Shown piece by piece: positions 51,066-55,608 of a DNA stretch of 55,608 nt. Source of the DNA: Octopus bimaculoides (Eukaryota); assembly GCF_001194135.2 (NCBI RefSeq), contig NC_068993.1, positions 15,531,909 through 15,587,516 of the forward strand, in the 5' to 3' direction. Made by a program: the position numbers and the translations under genes. The notes below the pieces were generated by a model. It searched no databases. It worked only from the letters and a program-made list of their open reading frames with translations, and was not told where the DNA came from. The first letter of the stretch is position 1; every line of letters begins with the position of its first letter.

Positions 51066-51394
51066 GTAAAGAAAAAATATACAGAAGGGAAAATTTGTAA
51101 GGTGTTTGTGTATGGTGTTATATTCCATGACATAAAACGAATGGTCCATCCATAATATACCTTAAGAGGAGACTATTCCTGGTTGCTCGACCTCTTAAAA
51201 TTTGCAGCGAAATCGCTTTTAAATCAAGTATGATTTTTTAAAACAAGTAGACTATATTAAATAATGTAGTCCTTGATAAATCGTGGTCCCAGATTGAATA
51301 TCTGTGATGATATATCTGTGGCTCATCTGCATTAAACCTAGTTCTAATGATGGTTTCTAATTAAGCGACGATGACAGCAAGTTTGGATCCCAGT

Positions 51395-51700
51395 ATTTGA
51401 TTTTACTTAATTTTATCTCTCCCCCGAATGATGAATTGCAAAGGACCACGGAGGGATTTGAACTGAAAAAGTACAGAGCATGTGCAAATTCAACAAAGCA
51501 TTTTTTCCGCGGCTCTGACGATTCTTCCAGCTCACCTCCTTATTTCAGGGGAAATAACTGTTTCGTTTCTAATTTAACCACAAGGACAGTACTTTTGAGG
51601 TGAGGATGTAATTCGATTACATCAACTCCAATACATGATTGGTCACCTTAGGGTGAACTATGAATACAAAATGTCGAAACAAATACCGCAAATCCTTTTT
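51395..51700 (-). mobile_element. Two degenerate SINE family A fragments
   Basis: GGATTTGAACTG...AGCTCACCT; AATTCGATTACATCAACTCC...GAAACAAATACCGC. Confidence 0.55.
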
Positions 51701-51714
51701 CAACGCTTTAATGT

Positions 51715-52000
51715 TACCGTCTTGTGTTCTTAAGCAAGACACTTTATTTCACGTTGCTGCAGTTCACTCAGCTGTAGAACTGAGTTGCGGCGTCACTGGA
51801 GCGTAGGTGTATCGGCCTTTGCCTTTCCCTTGAATAGCATCGGTGGTGTGGAGTGGGGAGGCTGGTTTGCATGGGCGACTGCTGGTCTCCCATAGACAAC
51901 CATGCCCGGACTTGTTCCTCGTAGGGGAATTTTCTAGGAGCAATCCCACGGTCATTCATGACAGAAGGGGACCTTTACCCTTCAATGATTCCGCCAGCGT
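51715..52000 (+). mobile_element. SINE family D (CORE/Deu-like domain plus GC-rich body), head truncated
   Basis: GTGTTCTTAAGCAAGACACTT...CAGTTCACTCAGCTGTAG typical SINE central domain; ends CCTTTACCCT; no ORF. Confidence 0.65.
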
Positions 52001-52703
52001 GCCTCCAGCTGTCAAGTACAAGTCAGGGTAAGTTCGTACCATCTCGTGTCAACCCACTTGTTGTTATTTTGTGGTTGTTACTTATCCTAATTCCAAAAAC
52101 ACCGCCATTTCATCATAGAGTACTTCCTATGTAATAAAGTCATTTACAAGGTGTCACTTCAGAAACGTGGAAGGTGGTAGTTGAGAGATATATGGCTGCT
52201 ATTTCTAGCATACCAAGTTACTGTATTAAGGCTCAATTCATTGCCAAACCGTTACTGAAGGCTGTATTAATTATCAAACGTAGCACTATAGCTTTTATCA
52301 AAGTGTTCAAGTGTAACAAGGCACTGCTACACATTATTGGTCTTTAGAGATCTGAGATTATCCTGTTCGTTTAAGACTGTCTTTGTTTTGATATATTGTC
52401 AAAGCAATAACCCAGGAGATGATTAGAACCTCTAGAAAATGTAATAAGCCGTCATACGCTTCAATAAATTTCGGATATAATCCCGCAAAGGCGTTAAGGT
52501 TGATTAATTTGGTAGTGGTATTTGTCAGATAGGAAACAAACTTAGTCAAAATGAAAGCAGACTCTCTTAAAAGGGAAAACTCCAAATCAGTAGGTTCATC
52601 CAAAACACTTGTAAGTATTGCTCTCATTTGAGTCAAGGGGTAAAATATACTGCAATCTCTCCAAAATTGTGTGATCCCTATTTTCAATATTACTCTGAAA
52701 TAA

Positions 52704-52915
52704 GGCGGTGAACTGGCAGAATCGTTAGCATGCCAGACGAAATACTTAGCGGCATTTCGTCTGTCTTTCCGTTCGGAGTTCAAATGACGCTGGGGTTAAC
52801 TTTGCCTTCCATATTTTCGGGGTCGATAAAATAAGTACGAGTTGAGTACTGGGGTCTATGTAGCCGACTTAGCGCCCTCTCTGAAACTACTGACCTTGTG
52901 CCAAAATCGGAAATG
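52704..52915 (+). mobile_element. SINE family A with 18-bp TSD
   Basis: AATATTACTCTGAAATAA (52686-52703) / AATATTATTCTGAAATAA (52916-52933). Confidence 0.9.
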
Positions 52916-53019
52916 AATATTATTCTGAAATAAACATGAACTCAATAATTGGTATTCTTTTCAGATGAATGACATTAGATTCTTAGAATTGTTACTGTGT
53001 CTGGAATGATACACATAGT

Positions 53020-53215
53020 TAAGGGGTGAGCTGGCAGAACCCTTAGCACGCCGGACAAAATGCTTACCCGAAAATTTCACCGATGTCGACTTTGTCTTTC
53101 ATCATTTTGAGGTCGATAAAATTAGTATCAGTTGAACACTGGCGGTGATGTAATCGTGCAGCCCCCCTCCTCCCCTCAAAAACTTCTGGCCTTGTGCCAT
53201 AATTTGAAACCATAT
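53020..53215 (+). mobile_element. SINE family A, internally deleted
   Basis: Head TAAGGGGTGAGCTGGCAG; tail CCTTGTGCCATAATTTGAAACC. Confidence 0.8.
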
Positions 53216-53929
53216 TTATACGAACGTTACTTTCCTTTACTTATTGTCGGCATACCAAGATTGAATTTGCTTTTCATCCTTCGAAAGCCGAATCATAAAT
53301 TTAATCGATTAAACCTTCCTTAAAAACGTATTCAAAATAAGTATTCGGTATAACTTTCACTAAGAATATTTCGCTAAGAGTGTTATTTCACAAATTATTT
53401 CATACTTTTCAACTAACGAAATAAGATATCAGAAATACGGCGAAAAATCGTATAAGCTTTCATTTTGACAAACAATGTTTATTATTCAAATTACAAAAGG
53501 TTAACTATCATTCCAAATTATTCCAAATGATTCCAAATAGTAAATATTTATAGGTTAAATTGCCAAAGGTTTAATATCGTAATTAAAAATATTAAAAAAT
53601 TTAACAATTATTTCCATAAAAAAATATTAATTTAAATGTCAAAATTTTCTAATTTTATATAAATATTAAAATCCTATTCCATCTGAAATTGCTCGTTTTT
53701 TTTTTTTAATGGCAACGATTCGAAAGTTCAATAATAATCTTTAATTACTACACTGTATGAGAAATGTATACAATATCATTTGTAAAATGATTGTATGTTG
53801 TTTATATATTTTCCAGTAGTTCAATCTAAACAATAATATGTTAATACAACTATGTACACTTAAAATGCCGTTCCGACCAGTTACATCAAACTGTTTGTGA
53901 CTATAACGCTGTTATTAAACCATTGCCTA

Positions 53930-54120
53930 ATAATGGTTCGTAATTTAAGCAACAAAGCCAGAAATTTTCGAGGGTAGGGTTTAGTCGATGACATAGATCT
54001 TAGAGCTTAAGTGTTACTTTATTGTATCGACCCCGGAGAAATGAAAGGCGAAGTTGATCTTCGTGGGATTTAAATTAAGGAAGTAACGAACCGCAAGAAA
54101 TACTGCAATGCGTTTATTCG
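53930..54120 (-). mobile_element. SINE family A, degenerate
   Basis: TATCGACCCCGGAGAAATGAAAGGCGAAGTTGATCT. Confidence 0.7.
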
Positions 54121-54254
54121 ACCTTGAACCCTTAATATCCGATCCTTTATTTTAATAATAACCAATTTATTCACGCCAGTTAGTTATCAATATGCTAGAG
54201 TAAAAGTATAGCCAAATTGCATGGCGGTTTACTGCAAATTGAAGAATTTAATAT

Positions 54255-54900
54255 CTGGAGGATCAACTTGTTTTTGTGAAATTCTGTTTCATATTGGAAA
54301 CACAGGTTACGAACATTTTTCGAATATTGGAACAAATCTATGGAGTGAAGAGTTCGAGCCATACGCAATGACATAAATGGTAGCAGAGTTTCGATTCAGG
54401 TAGAACATTCACCGAACACGTATCAAATCCGGACAACATTTCCCGATAACAGATGTGAATCACATTGTGAAAGTACACTAGCGACCACACCTAACTGACC
54501 GTGAAGCTTCCGGGGAAGTTGGCTTCTGTGGGAATTTGTGCCACAAGGATTTAAGAGAAAAATTGAAAATGCTTGGAAGTGTTATAACATTTGTATCGTG
54601 TCTGCAGGGAGATAAAGAAAAACAATTAAATCATCGTCAGTCGAAGACTATTTGATTATTTATTATATTGCTAATAATTCTTTTTGGAAACTGTCGAAAC
54701 AAATAGACAAGTGCCATACACAGGTGGACTATCACTGCAGTGTTCAAATAGCAACACGTCCCAATTGCTCAAATAGGAATATGATGGGGAAAATCGTTTT
54801 GACAAGAAGGACACCGTTTATCAAGAGTTGTTCCACGTTGTCAGATGTACTGAGGAGGTTGTTAAAGACAGTGAGAAGAAAGTGGCAAAGCACAAGATGA
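54255..54900 (+). pseudogene. Mariner transposase remnant
   Basis: LEDQLVFVKFCFILE, LEQIYG...HTQ*HKW*QSFDSGRT, LTDREASGEVGF...CHKDLREKLKM, ...DVLRRLLKTVRRKWQ follow the mariner HTH and catalytic-domain order, with frameshifts and stops. Confidence 0.8.
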
Positions 54901-55046
54901 CCCGGATCTTTCAATAGCCCTACTCTTCGAATTCGGGGCCTGCAGGCATTGTTGTTTTCTTATGTCCTGAGATTTGCAATCCTCTTTGAAAAGACGCTCA
55001 TGTCAGGTGATAGAACACATCACAAAAAAAAAATTTTAATAATCAT

Positions 55047-55240
55047 TACGAGGGCTGCTCGATGGCCCCAAAATTGCATTCCAGAGGGGTTTCAAAACTT
55101 GATAAATGCATTGTGAGATGTAGCGTCAGTAAGTGGGGGACTATTCTGAATGAAAAGAGTTTAATTAAACTGATTAAAATTATACGTAAAGTAATAACTT
55201 ATATACTTTTATTCAAGGTCCCTGTATTATTGAATATGAT
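55047..55240 (+). mobile_element. Mariner-derived fragment: TIR-like start plus transposase C-terminus
   Basis: TACGAGGGCTGCTC TIR-like start; AFQRGF / QNL...GDYSE* resembles the mariner terminal GDYFE motif. Confidence 0.55.
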
Positions 55241-55608
55241 ATTCTTTGTTGTTTTTATTGTCTCTTTTGACTTAAAGATTTAAATCTTCAATGGAAACAT
55301 AAATTTCCTTCATTGATTTTCTGAACTCTTGTCTATTCAGTCTATTCTTTCTTTTATCTGATAACATTTTAGATTGGTGTTTCTTTTAACAACGATATCG
55401 TTTAACATCTTATCGCTTTTATCCATCTGCAATGCATCACTTTTAGCCACAGATCTTCTATTGAATTGTTTTTCAATAATCCCTCATTTTCACAGGATAC
55501 TATCATCTGTGTAATCCTGCTTTCTCCGAGCTGTTGTTCCGAATGTATTTCACAAAAAATAAAAATTGATCTAATGTTCGGAATGTGCATCCTGCTCGTG
55601 GGAATAGT

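Overview
AT-rich, microsatellite-saturated animal genomic scaffold with 16 N-gaps, most flanked by (TA)n. The repeat families resemble octopus (coleoid cephalopod) repeats; this is an inference, not a database result. No host protein-coding gene can be identified with confidence, although four small phase-compatible exon candidates exist. The window is dominated by: tRNA-derived SINEs of at least four families (about 30 copies); six decayed fragments of restriction-like-endonuclease (R4/Dong-type) non-LTR retrotransposons, four of them stacked in one orientation among (TAA)n tracts at 9.06-10.06 kb; Tc1/mariner remnants and a MITE; and seven minimal type-I hammerhead-ribozyme-like motifs of the Penelope type in short non-coding elements. 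The most unusual object is 33620-33857 (minus strand), a tRNA-like Pol III head fused through an (AAT)n linker to a hammerhead-core tail and bounded by a 12-bp target-site duplication: a candidate ribozyme-carrying SINE. Almost all long ORFs in the supplied track are microsatellite or N-gap artefacts. Repeat boundaries were read by eye and are approximate (about +/-10 bp).
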